Part shown: positions 1 to 34,400 of the stretch, one piece after another
How the letters are laid out: every line of letters starts with the position of its first letter
Position numbering within the stretch: the first letter of the stretch is position 1
Assembly (NCBI RefSeq): GCF_009914755.1
Contig: NC_060938.1
Reading direction: 5' to 3' (one strand)
From: the human T2T-CHM13v2.0 reference genome, Homo sapiens
DNA length: 64,000 nucleotides
Program-made: the position numbers and the translations under genes
Notes under the pieces: model-generated
The model's input: the letters and a program-made list of their open reading frames with translations, nothing else
The model's database searches: none
What the model was told of the DNA's origin: nothing

Positions 1-4019
<4,019 letters not shown>

Positions 4020-7000
4020 CAGTTCTGAAACACAGTTTTTGTGCTATCTGCAAGTGGACTTTTGGAGTGCTTTGAGGCCTATGGTGGATAAGGAAATATC
4101 TTCACATAAAAACTAGACAGAAGCATTCTGACAAATTTCTTTGAGATGTGTGCACTCATCTCACAGAGTAGAACATTTCTTTCGATTGAGTAATTTGGTA
4201 ACTCTCTGTAGAATCTGCAACTGGATATTTGGAGCACTATGAGGCCTATGGTTGAAAAGGAAGTATCTTCACTTAAGAACTAGACAGAAACATTCTGACA
4301 AACTTCTTTGTGATGTGTGCATTCATCTCACAGAGTTGAACCATTCTTTTGATTGAGCAGTTTTGAAACACTCTCTTTGTAGAATCTGCAAATGGACATT
4401 TGGAGGGCTTTGTGACCTATGGTGGAAAAGGAAATATCTTCACATAAAAACTATTCTGAAACATTCTGACAAACTCCTTTGTGATGCATGCATTCATCTC
4501 ATGGAGTTGAAACTTCCTTTGCATTGAGCAGTTTTGAAAAACCCTTTTTGTAGAATCTGCAAGTGTACACTTGGAGTGCTTTGAGGCCTATTGTCGAAAA
4601 GGTAAAAAAGTCACATAAAATCTAGACAGGATCATTCTTAGAAAATTCTTACTGATGTGATAATTTATCTCACAGAGTTTAATCTTTCTTTTGATTGAGT
4701 AGTTGTGAAACACTCTTTGTAGAATTTCCACGTGGACGTTTGGCCACTTAGAGGCCTATGTTGGAAAAGGAAATATCTTCACATTAAAACTAGACAGAAG
4801 CTTTCTGAGGTACTTCTTTGTGATGTGTGCATTCATCTCAGAGAGTTGAACCTTTCTTATGAATGAGCAGTTTGGAAAAACTCTTTTTGTAGAATCTGCA
4901 ATTGGACATTTGGAGCGCTTTGCAGCCTATGTTGGAAAAGGAATCATCTCACATAAAAACTAGACAGAAGCAACCTGACAAACTTCTTTGTGATGTCTGC
5001 ATTCATCTCAAATGGTTGAACCTTACATTCGATTGAGCAGTTTTGAAACACTCATTTTGTAGAATCTGCAATTGGTCATTTGGAGTGCTTTGAGGCCTAT
5101 GATGCAAAACGAAATATCTTCACATATTAACTAGACAGAAGCATTCTGAGAAACTTCTTTGTGATGTGTGCATTCCTCTCACAGAGCTGAATATTTCTTT
5201 TGATTGAGCAGCTTTGAAACACTCTTTTTGTAGAATCTGCAAGTGGACATTTGCTGCACTTTGCAAACTATGGTGGAAAAGGGAATATCTTCACATAAAA
5301 ACTAGACTGAATCATTCTGAGAAAATACTTTGTGATGTGTGCATTCATCTCATAGAGTTGAACATTGCTTTTGATTGAGCAGTTTTGAAACACGCTTTTT
5401 GTACTATCTGGAAGTGGATATTTGGAGTGCTTTGAGGCCTATGGTGGAGAAGGAAATATCTTCGCATAAAAACTAGACAGAAACATTCTGACAAATTCCT
5501 TTGTGATGTGTGCATTTATCTCACAGAGTTGAACCTTTCATTTGATTGAGTAGTTTGGAAACCCTCTTTTTGTAGAATTGGCAAGTGGACATTTGAGTGC
5601 TTTGAGGCCTATGGTGGAAAAAGAAATATCTTCAATTAAAAATTAGACAGAAGCATTCTGAGCGATTTCTTTGTGATGTGTGCATTCATGTCACAGAGTT
5701 GAAATTTTCTTTTGATTGAACAGTTTTGAAACACTCTTTTTGTAAAATCTACAACTGGACATTTGGAGCACTTTGAGGACTATGATGGAAAAGGCAATAT
5801 CTTCACATAAAAACTAGACATAAGCATAATGAGAAATTTCTTTGTGATGTGTGCATTCATCTCACAGAGTTGAACTTTTCTTTTGTTTGAGCAGCTTAAA
5901 AACACTCTTTTTGTAGAATCTGCAAGTGAACTTTTGGAGTGCTTTGAGGCCTATGGCGGAAAAGGAAATATCTTCACATAAAAACTATGGAGAAAGATTC
6001 GCCAAATTTCGTCATAATGGGTGCATTCATCTTATGGAGTTGAAAATTAGTTTTGAATGACCAATTTGAAACACTCTTTTTGTAGAATCTGCACATAGAC
6101 ATTTGGAGCACTTTGAGGCCTATGGTGGAAAATGAAATATCTTCACATAAAAACTAGAAAGAAGCATTATGAAAAAATTTTGTGATGTGTGCATTCATCT
6201 CACAGAGTTGGACCTTTCTTTTGATTGAGCAGTTTTGAAACACTCTTTTTGTAGAATCTGCAAGTGGACATGTGGAGCGCTTTGAGGCCAATGGTGGAAA
6301 AGGAATATCTTCACATAAAAACTACGCAGAAGCATTCTGTCAAACTTCTTTGGGACGGGTACATTCATCACACAGAGTTGAACCTTTCTTTTGATTGAGC
6401 AACTTTGAAACACCATTTTTGTAGAAACTGCGAGTGGACATTTTGTGCGCTTTGAGGCCTATGGTGGAAAAGGAAATATCTTAACATAAAAACTAGACAG
6501 AAGAATTCTGACAAACTTCTTTGTGATTTGTGCATTCATCTCACAGAGTTGAACATTACTTTACGTTGAGCAGTTTTGAAACCCTTTTTGCAGAATCTTC
6601 ATGTGGTCATTTGGGGCGCTTTGAAGCATGTGGTGGAAAAGGAAATATCTTCACATAAAAACTACTCAGAAGCATTCTGACAAACTTATTTGTGATGTGT
6701 GCATTCATGTCACAGTTTTGAAACTTACTTTTCATTGAGCAGTTTTGAAACACTCTTTTTGTAGAATCTGCAAGCAGACATTTGGAGCGCCTTGATTCCT
6801 ATGGTGGATAACGAAATATCTTCCTTTAACAACTAGACAGAAGCATGGTGAGAAATTTCTTTGTGATGTGTGCATTCATCTCACAGAGTTGAACCTTTCT
6901 TTAGATTGAGCAGCTTTGAAACACGCTTTTTGTAGGATCTGCAAGTGGTCATTTGGAACACTTTGAGGCCTATGGTGGAAAAGGAAATATCTTCAGATAA

Positions 7001-9243
7001 AAACTAGACAGAAGCATTCTACCAAACATCTTTGTGATGTGTGCATTCATCTCACAGAATTGAATCTTACTTTTGATTGAGGAGTTTTGAAAGACGCTTT
7101 TTGTACTATTTGCAAGTGGACATTTGGAGTGATTTGAGGCCTATGGTGGAAAAGGAAATATCTTCACATGAGAACTAGACAGAAGCATCTTGACAAATTT
7201 CTTCATCATGTGTGCATTCATCTCACAAAGTTGAACCTTACTTTTCATTGAGCAGTTTTGAAACACTGTTATTGTAGAATTTGCAAGTGGACATTTAGAG
7301 CGCTGTGAGACCAATGGTGGAAAAGGAAAAATCTTCACATAAAAACTAGACAGAAGCATTGTGACAAACTTCTTTGTGATGTGTGCATTCATCTCACAGA
7401 GTTGAAACTTTCTTTTGATTGACCAGCTTTCATACTCTCTTTTTGTAGAATCTGAATGTGGACATTTGGAGCGCTTTGAGGCCCATGGTGGAAATGGTAA
7501 TATCTTCCCATAAAAACCAGACAGAAGCATTCTGACAAACTTCTTTTTGATGTGTGCATTCATCTCACAGAGTTGAACTTTCTTTTGATTGAGCAGCTTT
7601 GAAACACTCTTTTTGTAGAATCTGCAAGTGGACATTTGGAGTGCTTTTTGGTGTCTGGTGGAAAAAGAAGTATCTTTACGTAATAACTAGAGAGAAGCAT
7701 TCTGACACACTTCTTTGAGATGTGTGCATTCATCTCACAGAGTTGAACCTTTCTTTTCATTGTGCAGTTTTGAAACAATGTTTTTGTAGAATCTACAAGT
7801 GGACATTTGGAGCGCTTTGAAGCCTATGGTGGAAAAGGAAATATCTTCACATAAAAACTAGAAAGAAGCATTCTGACAAACTTCTTTGTGACGTGTGCAT
7901 TCATCTCACAGAGTTGAAACTTTCCTTTGATTGAGCAGCTTTAAGCACCTTTTTTGTAGAATCTGCGAGTGGACTTTTGAAGCGCTTTGAAGCCTATGGT
8001 GAATAAAGGAATATCTTCACATAAAAACTAGACACAAGAATTCTGACAAACTTCTTTGTTATTTCTTTATTCGTCTCAGAGAGGTGACCCTTACTTTTGA
8101 TTGAGCAGATTTGAAACACTTTTTTTGTAGAATCTGGAAGTGGACATTTGGGGCCCTTTGAGGCCTATGGTGGAAACGGAAATATCTTCACATAAAAACC
8201 AGGCAGAAGCATTCTGATAAACTTCTTTGTGATCTGTGCATTCATCTCACCGAGTTGAACATTTCTTTTGATTCGGCAGCTTTGAAACACTCTTTTTTTT
8301 GAATCTGCAAGTGGACATTTGGAGCGCTTTGTATCCTATGGTGGAAAAGGATATATCATCACATAAAAACTAGATAGAAGCATTCTGACAAACTTGTCTG
8401 TGATGTGTGCATTCATCTCACAGAGTTGACCCTTACTTTTCATTGTGGAGTTTTGAAACACTGTTTTTGTAGAATCTGCAAGTGGACATTTGGAGGGCTT
8501 TGAGGCCTATAGTGTAAAAGGAAATATCTTCACAAAAAAACTAGACAGAAGCATTCTGACAATCTTATTTGTGATGTGTGCAATCATCTCACAGAGTTTA
8601 ACCTTTCTTTCGATTGAGCAGCTTTGAATCACTCTTTTTGTAGAATCTGCAAGTGGATATTTTGAGTGCTTTGAGGCTTATGGTGGAAAAGGAAATACCT
8701 TCACATAAAAACTAGACAGAAGGATTCTGACAAAATTCTTTGTGATGTGTGCATTCATCAGAGAGTTGAACCTTACTTTTCATTGAGCAGTTTTGAAACA
8801 CTCTTTTTGTAGAATCTGCAAGTGTACATTTGGGGCGCTTTAAGGCCTTTATTGGAAAAGGAAATATCTTCATATAAAAACTATACAGAAGCATTCGGAC
8901 AAACTTTGTGACGTGCGTTTTCATCTCACAGAGTTAAAACTTTCTTTTGATTCAGCAGCTTTTAAACACCCTTTTTGTAGGATCTGCTAGGGGACATTTG
9001 GAGCGATTTGAGGCCTATGGTGGAAAAGGAATTATCTTCACATAACAACTAGACAAAAGAATTCTGAGAAACTTCTCTGTGATGTGTGTGTTCATGTCAC
9101 AGAGTTGAACCTTTCTTTTGATTGAGCAGTTTGGAATCTCTTTTTGTAGAATCAGCAAGTGGACATTTGGAGGGCTTTGCAGCTATGGTAGAAAAGGATA
9201 TATCGTCACATAAAATCTAGACAGAAGCAATCTGATAAACTTG
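4020..9243 (+). repeat. Alpha satellite, forward orientation, layer 1 (cattctgACaaac / gaaccttactttt / ggacattt type); the last two monomers are already dimeric-layer type
   Basis: Tandem ~171-bp monomers ctatggtggaaaaggaaatatcttcacataaaaactagacagaagcattctgacaaacttctttgtgatgtg. Same diagnostic variants as the reversed block at 1454-4019. Confidence 0.96.
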
Positions 9244-10027
9244 TTTTTTTATTATTATTATTATACTTTAAGTTTTAGGGTACATGTGCACAAACTGCAG
9301 GTTACTTACATATGTATACAAGTGCCATGCTGGTGAGCTACACACACTAACTCGTCATCTAGCATTAGGTATATTTCCCAATGCTATCCCTCTCGCCTCC
9401 TCGCAACCCGCAACAGTCCCCTGAGTGTGATGTTCCCCTTCCTGTGTCCATGTGTTCTCATTGTTCAATTCCCACTTATGAGTGAGAATATGCTTTGTTT
9501 GTTTTTTTGTTTTTGCGATAGTTTACTAAGAATGATGATTTCCAGTTTCATCCATGTCCCAACAAAGGACATGAACTCATCATTTTTTATGGCTGCATAG
9601 TATTCCATGGTGTATATGTGCCACATTTTCTTAATCCAGTCTATCATTGTTGGACATTTGGGTTGGTTCCAAGTCTTTGCTATTGTGAATAGTGCCGCAA
9701 TAAACATACGTGTGCATGTGTCTTTATAGCAGCATGATTTATAGTCCTTTGGGTATATACCCAGTAATGGGATGGCTGGGTCAAATGAGATTTCTAGTTC
9801 TAGATTCCTGAGGAATCGCCACACTGACTTTCACAATGGTTGAACTCGTTTACAGTCCCACCAACAGTGTAAAAGTGTTCCTATTTCTCCACATCTTCTC
9901 CAGCACCTGTTGTTTCCTGACTTTTTAATGATTGTCATTCTAACTGGTGTGAGATAACATCTCACTGTGGTTTTGATTTGCATTTCTCTGATGGCCAGTG
10001 ATGATGAGCATTTTTTCATGTGTTTTT
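9244..10027 (-). mobile_element. L1PA2/PA3-like 3' segment (ORF2 C-terminus, 3'UTR, tail) of a 5'-inverted insertion
   Basis: T/(TAT)n tail, then ttatactttaagttttagggtacatgtg. Minus-strand ORFs 9465-9824 and 9831-10019 are the ORF2 C-terminus. The 3'UTR reads ctagatgacGAGttagtg (not Ta). Confidence 0.95.
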
Positions 10028-25493
<15,466 letters not shown>

Positions 25494-26380
25494 AACAAAT
25501 TTACAAGAAAACAACAAACAACCCCATCTAAAAGTTGGTGAAGGACATGAACAGACACTTCTCAAAAGAAGACATTTATGCAGCCAAAAAACACATGAAA
25601 AAATGCTCATCATCACTGGCCATCAGAGAAATGCAAATCAAAACCACAATGAGATACCATCTCACACCAGTTAGAATGGCAATCATTAAAAAGTCAGGAA
25701 ACAACAGGTGCTGGAGAGGATGTGGAGAAATAGGAACACTTTTACACTGTTGGTGGGAATGTAAACTAGTTCAACCATTGTGGAAATCAGTGTGACGATT
25801 CCTCAGGGATCTAGAACTGGAAATACCATTTGACCCAGCCATCCCCTTACTGGGTATAGGCCCAAAGGACTACAAATCATGCTGCTACAAAGACACATGC
25901 ACACGTATGTTTATTGTGGCACTATTCACAATAGCAAAGACTTTGAACCAACCCAAATGTCCAACAATGATAGACTGGATTAAGAAAATGTGGCATGTAT
26001 ACACCATGGAATACTATGCAGCCATAAAAAATGATGAGTTCATGTCCTTTGTTGGGACATGGATGAAATTGAAAATCATCATTCTCAGTAAACTATCACA
26101 AGAACAAAAAAACAAACAAAGCATATTCTCACTCATAAGTGGGAATTGAACAATGAGAACACATGGACACAGGAAGGGGAACATCACACTCTGGCGACTG
26201 TTGTGTGGTGGGGGAGGGGAAAGGATAGCATTGGGAGATATACCTAATGCTAGATGACGAGTTAGTGGGTGCAGCACATCAGCATGGCACATGTATACAT
26301 ATGTAACTAACCTGAACAATGTGCACATGTATCCTAAAACTTAAAGGATAATAATAAAAAAATAAAAATAATAAAAAAAT
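25494..26380 (+). mobile_element. 5'-truncated L1PA2/PA3-like element (~0.89 kb) with A-rich tail
   Basis: ORF2 C-terminal peptides ([30 protein letters not shown]...), 3'UTR gggagatatacctaatgctagatgacgagttagtggg, tail at ~26349-26380. The satellite monomer resumes in register (ttcaaataa | actagacaga). Confidence 0.96.
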
Positions 26381-28470
26381 ACTAGACAGAAAAATTCTGA
26401 GAAACTTCTTTGTGATGTGTGCTTTAATCTCACAGAGTTGAACCTTCCTTTTGATTGAGCAATTTTTAAACGCTCTTTTTGTAGTATCTGCAAGTGGACA
26501 TTTGTAGCACTTTGCGGCCTATGGTAAAAAAGGAAATACCTTCACATAAAATCTATACAGAAGTGATCTGAGAAACTTCTTTGTGATGTGTGCGTTCATA
26601 TCACAGAGTTGAGCTTTTCTTTTGATTGAGCGCTTTGGAAACTCTCTTTTTGTAGAATCTGCAAATGGACATTTGGAGCGCTTTCTGGCCTATGGTAGAA
26701 AAGGAAATATCTTCACATGAAATCTAGACAGAAGCAATCTGAGAAACTTCTTTAGGATGTGTGTCTCCATCTCACAGAGTTAAATATTTCTTTTGATAGA
26801 GCAGTTCTGAAACTCTCTTTTTGCAGAATCTGCAAGTGGATATTTGGAGCAATTTGAGGCCTATGGTGGAAAAGGTAATATCTTCAAATAAAAACTACAC
26901 AGAAGAATTCTGACAAACTACTCTGTGATGTGTGCATTCATCTCACATAGTTGAACTTTCTTTCAATTGAGCAAGTTGGAAACATTCTTTTTGTAGCTCC
27001 ATGTGGATATTTGCAGAGGTTTGAGGCCTATGGCAGAAAAGGAAATATCTTCACATAAAAACTAGACAGAGGAATTCTGAGAAACTTCTTTGTGTTGTGT
27101 GTGTTCATCTCACAGAGTTGAAACTTTCTTTTGATTGAGCAGTTTGGAAACACTCTTTTTGTAGAATCTGCAAGTGGATATTTGGAGCGCTTTGCGGCCT
27201 ATTGTAGAAAAGGAAATACCTTCACATAAAATCCAGACAGAAGCAATCTGAGAAACTTCTTTGTGGTGTGTGCGTTCATCTCAGAGTTAACACTCTCTTT
27301 TGATTGTGCAGTTTTGAAACTCTCTTTTTGTAGAATCTGCAAGTGGACATTTGGAGCACTTTGAGGCCTTTGGTGGAAAAGGACATATTTTCACATAAAA
27401 ACTACACAGAATAATTCTGAGAAACTTTTTGTGATGTGTTATACCTTTCTCACAAAGTTGAACCTTTCATTTGATTCAGCAGTTTGGAAACACTCTTTTT
27501 GTAGAATCTACAAATGGACATTTGGATCACTTTGCGGCCTATTGTAGAAAAGGAAATATCTTCACTTAAAATCTAGACAAAAGCAATCTCAGAAACTTCT
27601 TTGTGATGTGTGCATTCATCTCAAGAAGTTAAACCTTTATTTTCATTGAGTAGTTTTGAAACTCTCTTTTGTAGAATCTGCAAGTGGACATTTGGAGTGC
27701 TTTGAGGCCTATAGTGCAAAAGGAAATATCTTCACATAAAAACTAGATAGAAGCATTCTGAGAAACTTCTTTGTGATGTGTGCATTCATCTCTCAGAGTT
27801 GAAGCTTTCTTTTGGTGGAACAGTTTTGAAATACTCTTTTTGTAGGATCTGCAAGTGGACATTTTGAGAGCCTTCAGGCCTAAGGTGGAAAAGGAAGTAT
27901 CTTCATATAAAAACTAGACAGAAGAATTCTGACAAACTTCTTTGTGATGAGTGCGTTCATCTCACAGAGTTGAACATTTCTTTTGATTAAGCAGTTTGGA
28001 AACACTCTTTTTGTAGAATCTGCAAGTGGACATTTGGAAAGCTTTGTGGCCTATGGTAGAAAAGGAAATATCATCACATAAAATCTAGACAGAAGCAATC
28101 TGAAAGACTTATTTGTTATGTGTGCATTCATCTCACACAGTTAAACTTTTTTTTGATTGAGCAGTTTTGAAACTCTCTTTTTGTAGAATCTGCAAGTGGA
28201 CATTTGGAGCGATTTGGGGCCTGTGGTGGAAAAGAAATTATCTTCACATAAAAACAAGGCAGAAGAATTCTGAGAAACTTCTTTGTGATGTGTGCATTCA
28301 TCTCCCAGATTTGAACCATTCTTTTGACAGACCAGTTAGGAAATACACTTTTTGTAGGATATGCAAGCGTACATTTTTAGCGCTTTAAGGCCTATGGTGG
28401 AAAAGGAAATATCTTCATATAAAAACCAGTCAGAAGAATTCTGAGACACTTATTTGTGATGCGTGCATTC
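26381..28470 (+). repeat. Alpha satellite, continuation of dimeric layer 2
   Basis: Same alternating aaaatctagacagaagcaatctg / aaaactagacagaagaattctg monomers. The right boundary is approximate. Confidence 0.92.
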
Positions 28471-31400
28471 ATCTCACAGGGTTGAACCTATCTTATGATT
28501 GAGCAGTATTGAAACACTCTCTTTCTAGAATCTGCAAGTGGATATTTGGAGTGCTTTGAGACCTACTGTGGAAAAGGAGATATCTTCACATAAAAACTAC
28601 ACAGAAACATTCTGAGAAACTTCTTTGTGATGTGTGGATTAATCTCACCAGTGTTCAACCTTTATTTTGATTGAGCAGTTTTGAAACACTGTTTTTGTAG
28701 AATCTGTAAGTGGATATATGGAGCCCTTGGAGTCCTACGGTGGAAAAGCATATATCTTCACATAAAAGCTGCTCAGAAACATATTGAGAAATTTCTTTGT
28801 GATGTGTACATTCATCTCACAGAGTTGAACTTTTCTTTTTATTGAGCAGTTTTGAAACACTCTTTTTGTAGTATCTGCAAGTGGATATTTGGAGCACTTT
28901 GAGGCCTATTGTGGAAAAGGAAAGATGTTCACATAAAAACTACAGAGAAGCATTCTGAGACACATCTTTGTGATGTTTGCATTCAACTCACAGAGTTGTA
29001 CCTATCTTTTGATTAAGCAGTTTTGCATCTCTCTTTTTGTGGAATCTGCAAGTGGATAATTGGAGCCCTATGCCACCTACGGAGGAAAAGGAGATATCTT
29101 CAAATAAAAACTACACAGAGGCATTCTGAGAAACTTCTTTGTGATGTATGTTTTCATCTCACAGAGTTGTACCTATCTTATGATTAAGCTGTTTTGAAAC
29201 ACTCTCTTTGTAGAATCTGCAAGTGGATACTTGGAGTGCTTTGAGGCCTACTATGGCAAAGAAATATCTTCACATAAAAACTACACAGAAGCATTCTGAG
29301 AAACTTCTTTGTGATGTGTGCATTCATCTCACAAAATTCCAACTTTCTTTTGATTTGGCAGTTTTCAAACACTGTTCTTGTAGAATCTGCAAGTCGGTAT
29401 TTGCAGGGTTTTGAGGCTTACCACGGAAAAGCAAATAGCTTCACATAAAAAATACACAGAACCATTCTGAAAAACTTCTTTGTGATGTGTGCATTCATCT
29501 CACAGGGTTGAACCTATCTTACGATTGAGCAGTTTTGAAACATTGTCTTTCTAGAATCTGCAAGTGGATATTTGGAGCGCTTTGAGGCTTACTGTGGAAA
29601 AGGAAATATCTTCACATAAATACTACACAGAAACATTCTGAGAAGCGCATTATTGATGTGTGTATTCAACTCACAGTGTTGAACCTCTCTTTTCATCGAG
29701 CAGTTTTGAATCTGTCTTTTTGTAGAATCTGCAAGTGGACATTTGGAGCCCTTTCTGACATATGGAGGAAAAGGAAATATCTTCCAATAAAAACTACACA
29801 GAAGCATTCTCAGAAACTTCTGTGTGATGTGTACATTCATCTCAGAGAGTTGAAACTTTCTTTTGATTGAGCAGTTTTTAAACACTCTTTTTTTAGAAAT
29901 TGCAAGTGGATATTTGGAGCGCTTTGAGGCATATTATGGTAAAGGAAATATCTTCACATAAAAACTACACAGAAGCATTCTGAGAAACTTCTTTGTGATG
30001 TGTGCATTCAACCCACAGAGTTGAACCCGTCTTTTGATTGAGCAGTTTTAAATCTCACTTTTTGTAGAATGTGCAAATGGATATTTGGAGCCCTTTGCGG
30101 CATATGGTAGAAAAGGAAATATCTTCACATAACAACTACTCAGAAGTATTCTGATAAACTTCTTTGTGATGAGTGCATTGAACTCATAGAGTTGAACATA
30201 TCTTTTTATTGAGCAGTTTTGAATCTCTCTTTTGTAGAATCTTCAAGTGGATATTTGGAGCTCTTTAAGGCCTACGTTGGAAAAGGAAATATCTTCAAAT
30301 ATAAACTACACAAATCATTCTGAGAAAATTCTTTGTGATGTATGCATTCATCTCACAGAATTGAAACTTTATTTTGATTGGACAGTTTTGAAACACTCTT
30401 TTTGTAGAATCTACACGTGGATATTTTGAGCACTTTGAGGCCTATAGTGGAAAAGGAAACATCTTCACATAAAAACTACACGAAAGCATTCTGAGAAACA
30501 TCTTTGTGATGTGTGCATTCAACTCACATTGTTGAACCAATCTTTTGATTGAGCAGTTTTGAATCTCTCCTTTTGTAGAATCTGCAAGTGGATAATTGGA
30601 GCCCTTTGCCACCTACAGAGGAAAAGGAAATATCTTCAAATAAAAACTACACACATGCATTTTGAGAAACTTCTTTTTGAAGTGTACATACAACTCACAG
30701 AGTTGAAACTATCTTCTGATTGAGCAGTTTTGAATCTCTCAATATTTTTTTTTTGTAGAATATTCAAGTGGATATTTGGAGTCCTTTGTGACCTATGGAG
30801 GAAAAGGAAATATCTCCCAATTAAAACTACACAGAAGCATTCTCAGAAACTTCTTTGTGATGTGTGCATTAATCTCACAGAGTTGAAACTTTCTTTTGAT
30901 TGAGCAGTTTTCAAACTCACTTTTTATAGAAACTGCAAGTGGATATTCAGAGCGTATTGAGGCCTATTGTCGAAAAGGAAATATCTTCACATAAAAATTA
31001 CACAGAAGCATTCTGAGAAACTTCTTTGTGATGTGTGCATAAGTCTCACAGAGTTGAAGCTATCTTATGATTGAGCAGTTTTGAAACACTCCCTTTGTAG
31101 AATCTGCAAGTGGATACTTGTGGCGCTTTGAAGTCTATTGTGGCACAGAAATATCTTCCAGTAAAAACTACCAGAAACATTCTGAGAAACTTCTTTGTGA
31201 TGTGTGCATTCATTTCACAGAGTTGAACCTTTCTTTTCATTGAGCTGTTTTGAAACACTGTTTTTGTAGTATCCGCAAGCGGATATGTGGAGCGATTTGA
31301 GGCCTTCTGTGGAAAAGCAATTATTTTCATGTTAAAGATACACAGAAGCATTCTGAGAAACTTCTTTGTGATGTGTGCATTCATCTCACGGAGTTGAACC

Positions 31401-34400
31401 TACGTTATGATTAAGCAGTTTTCAAAAACTCTTTTTGTAGAATCTGCAAGTGGATATTTGGAGCGCTTTGAGGCATATTGTGGAAAAGGAAATATATTCA
31501 CATAAAAACTACACAGAAGCATTCTGAGTAACTTCTTTGTGATTAGTGCATTCATCACACAGAGCTAAACCTTTCTTTTGATTGAGCAGTTTTGAATCTC
31601 TCTCTTTGTAGAATCTGCAAGTGGATACTTGGATTGCTATCTGGCCCGTTGTGGAAAAGGAAATGTCTTCACATGAAAACTACACAGAAGGATTCTGACA
31701 AACTTCTTTGTGATGTGTGCATTCATCTAACAGATTTCAACCATTATTTTGATTCAGCAGTTTTGAAACACTATTTTTGGAGTATCTGCAAGTGGGTATT
31801 TGGAGGGCTTTGAGGCCTCCTGTGGAAAAGCAAATATCTTCACATAAAAACTACACAGAAGCATTCTGAGAAACTTCCTTGCGATGTGTGCATTCATCAC
31901 ATAGAATTGAAACTTTCTGTTGATTGAGCAGTTTTTAAACACACTTTTTGTAGAATATGCAAGTGGATATTTGCAGTGCTTTGATTCCTATTGTGGAAAA
32001 GGAAATATCTTCACATAAACACTACACAGAAGCATTCAGAGAAAGTATTTTGTGACGTGTGCATTAAAATCACAGAGTTGATATTATTTTTTGATTGAGC
32101 AGTTTTGAATCTCTCTTTTTGTAGAATCAGCAATTGGATATTTGGAGCCCTTTGCATCCTATGGAGGAAAAGGAAATATCTTCACCTGAAAACTACACAG
32201 AAGCATTCTGAGAAACTTCTTTGTGATGTGTGCATTCATCTCACAGAGTTGAACCTAAAGTATAATTCAGCAGTTCTAAAACACTGTTTTTGTAGAATCT
32301 GCAAGGGGATATTTGGAGCGCTTTGAGGCCTACTGTGGAAAATCAAATATCTTCACATAAAAACTACACAGAATCATTCTGAGAAACTTCGTTGGGCTGT
32401 GTGCATTCATCTCACAGAGTTGAACCTATCTTATGATTGAGCAGTTTTGAAACACTCTCTTTGTAAAATCTGCAAGTGTATACTTGGAGCGCTTGGAGGC
32501 CTATTGTGGCAAAGAAATATCTTCACATAGAAATTACACAGAAGCATTCATAGAAACTTCTTTGTGGTGTGTGCATTCATCTCACAGAGTTGAAACTTTC
32601 TTTTCATTGAGCACTTTTGAAACCCTGTTTTTGTAGTATCTGCAATGGAAATTTGGAGCGCTTTGAGCCCTACTGTGGAAAAGCAAATATCTTCACATAA
32701 AAACTACACAGAAGCATTCTGAGATACTTCTTTGTGATGTCTGCATTCATCTCACAGAGTTGAAACTTTCTTTTGAATGAGCAGTTTTGTAACACTCTTT
32801 TTGTATAATATGAAAGTGGATATTTGCAGTGCTTTGAGTCCTATTGTTGAAAAGGGTTAGTAAATATCTTAACAAAAAAAATACACAGAAGCATCCTGAG
32901 AAACTACTTTGTGATGTGTGCATTCAACTCACAGAGTTGAACCAATCTTTTGATTGTGAAGTTTTTAATCTCTCTTCTTGTAGAATCTGGAAGAGGATAT
33001 TTGGAGCCCTTTGTGGCCTATGGACGATAAGGAAATATCTTCTAGTAAACACTACAGAGACGCATACTGAGAAACTTCTTCGTGATGTGTGCCTTCATAT
33101 CACAGAGTTGAACCTATCTTATGATTGAGCAGATTTGAAACATTTGATTTGTAGAATCTGCAAGTGGATATTTGGAGTGCTTTGAGGCCTCCTGTGGAAA
33201 AGCAAATATCTTCACATTAAAATTATACGGAAGTATTCTGAGAAACTTCTTCGTGATATGCGCATTCATCTCACAGAGTTGAAACTTTCTTTTGATTGGA
33301 CAGTTTTGAAACACTGTTTTCGTAAAACCTACAAGTGGATATTGGAGGACTTTGAGGCCTACTATGGAAAAGCAAATATCTTCACATAAAAACTACACAG
33401 AAGCATTCTGAGTAATTGCTTTGTGATGTGTGCATTCATCTCCTGGAGTTGAACCTTTCCGTTGAACGAGCAGTTTTGCAATACTCTTTTTGTAGAATCT
33501 GCAAGTGGATATTTGGAAAGCTTTGAGGCCTATTGTGGAAAACGAAATATCTACACATAAAAACTACACAGAAGCATTCTGAGAAACTACTTTGTGATAT
33601 GTGCATTAGACTCACAGAGGTGAACTTATCTTTTGATTGAGCAGTTTTGAATCTCTCTTTTTGTAGAAGCTGTAAGTAGATATTTGGAGCCCTTTGGGGC
33701 CCATGGAGGAAAAGGAAATATCTTCAAATAAAAGCTACACACAAGCATTCTGAGAAACTTCTTTGTGATGTGTGCATTCATCTCACAGAGTTGAACCTAT
33801 CTTATGATTCAGCAGTTTTGAAACACTGTTTTTGTTGAATCTGCAAGTGGATATTTGGAGCGCTTTAAGGCCATCTGTGGAAAAGCAAGTATCGTCGGAT
33901 AAAAACTACACAGAATCCTTCTGATAAATATCTTTGTGATGTGTGCACTCATCTCACAGAGTTGAACCTATCTTATGATTGATCAGTTTTGAAACATTCT
34001 TTCTGTAGAATCTGCAAGTGGATTATTGAAGTGCTTTCAAGTCTATTGTGGAAAAGGAAATATCTTAACATAAAAACTACACAGAAGCATTCTGAGAAAC
34101 TTCTTTGGGATGTGTGCATTCATCTCACAGAATTGAGTGTATCTTATGATTTAGCAGTTTTGAAACACTCTCTTTGTAGAATCTGCAAGTGGATATTTGG
34201 AGCGTTTTGAGGCTTTTTGTGGAAAAGGAAATATCTTCACATAAAAACTACACAGAATCATTCTGAGAAACTTCTTTGTGATGAGTGCGTTCATCTCACA
34301 GATTTCAACATACCTTCTGATTGAGCAGTTTTGAATCTCTCTTTCTGTAAAATCTGCAAGTGGATATTTTGAGCCCTTTGTGGCCTATAGTGGAAAAGGA

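Noticed and set aside
8165-8185. Possible CENP-B boxes (ggaaacgga here; ttcgttgg at ~32388)
   Set aside because: Neither matches TTCG-N4-A-N2-CGGG. The box position carries the pJ-alpha-type sequence, so there is no sign of an active centromeric array.
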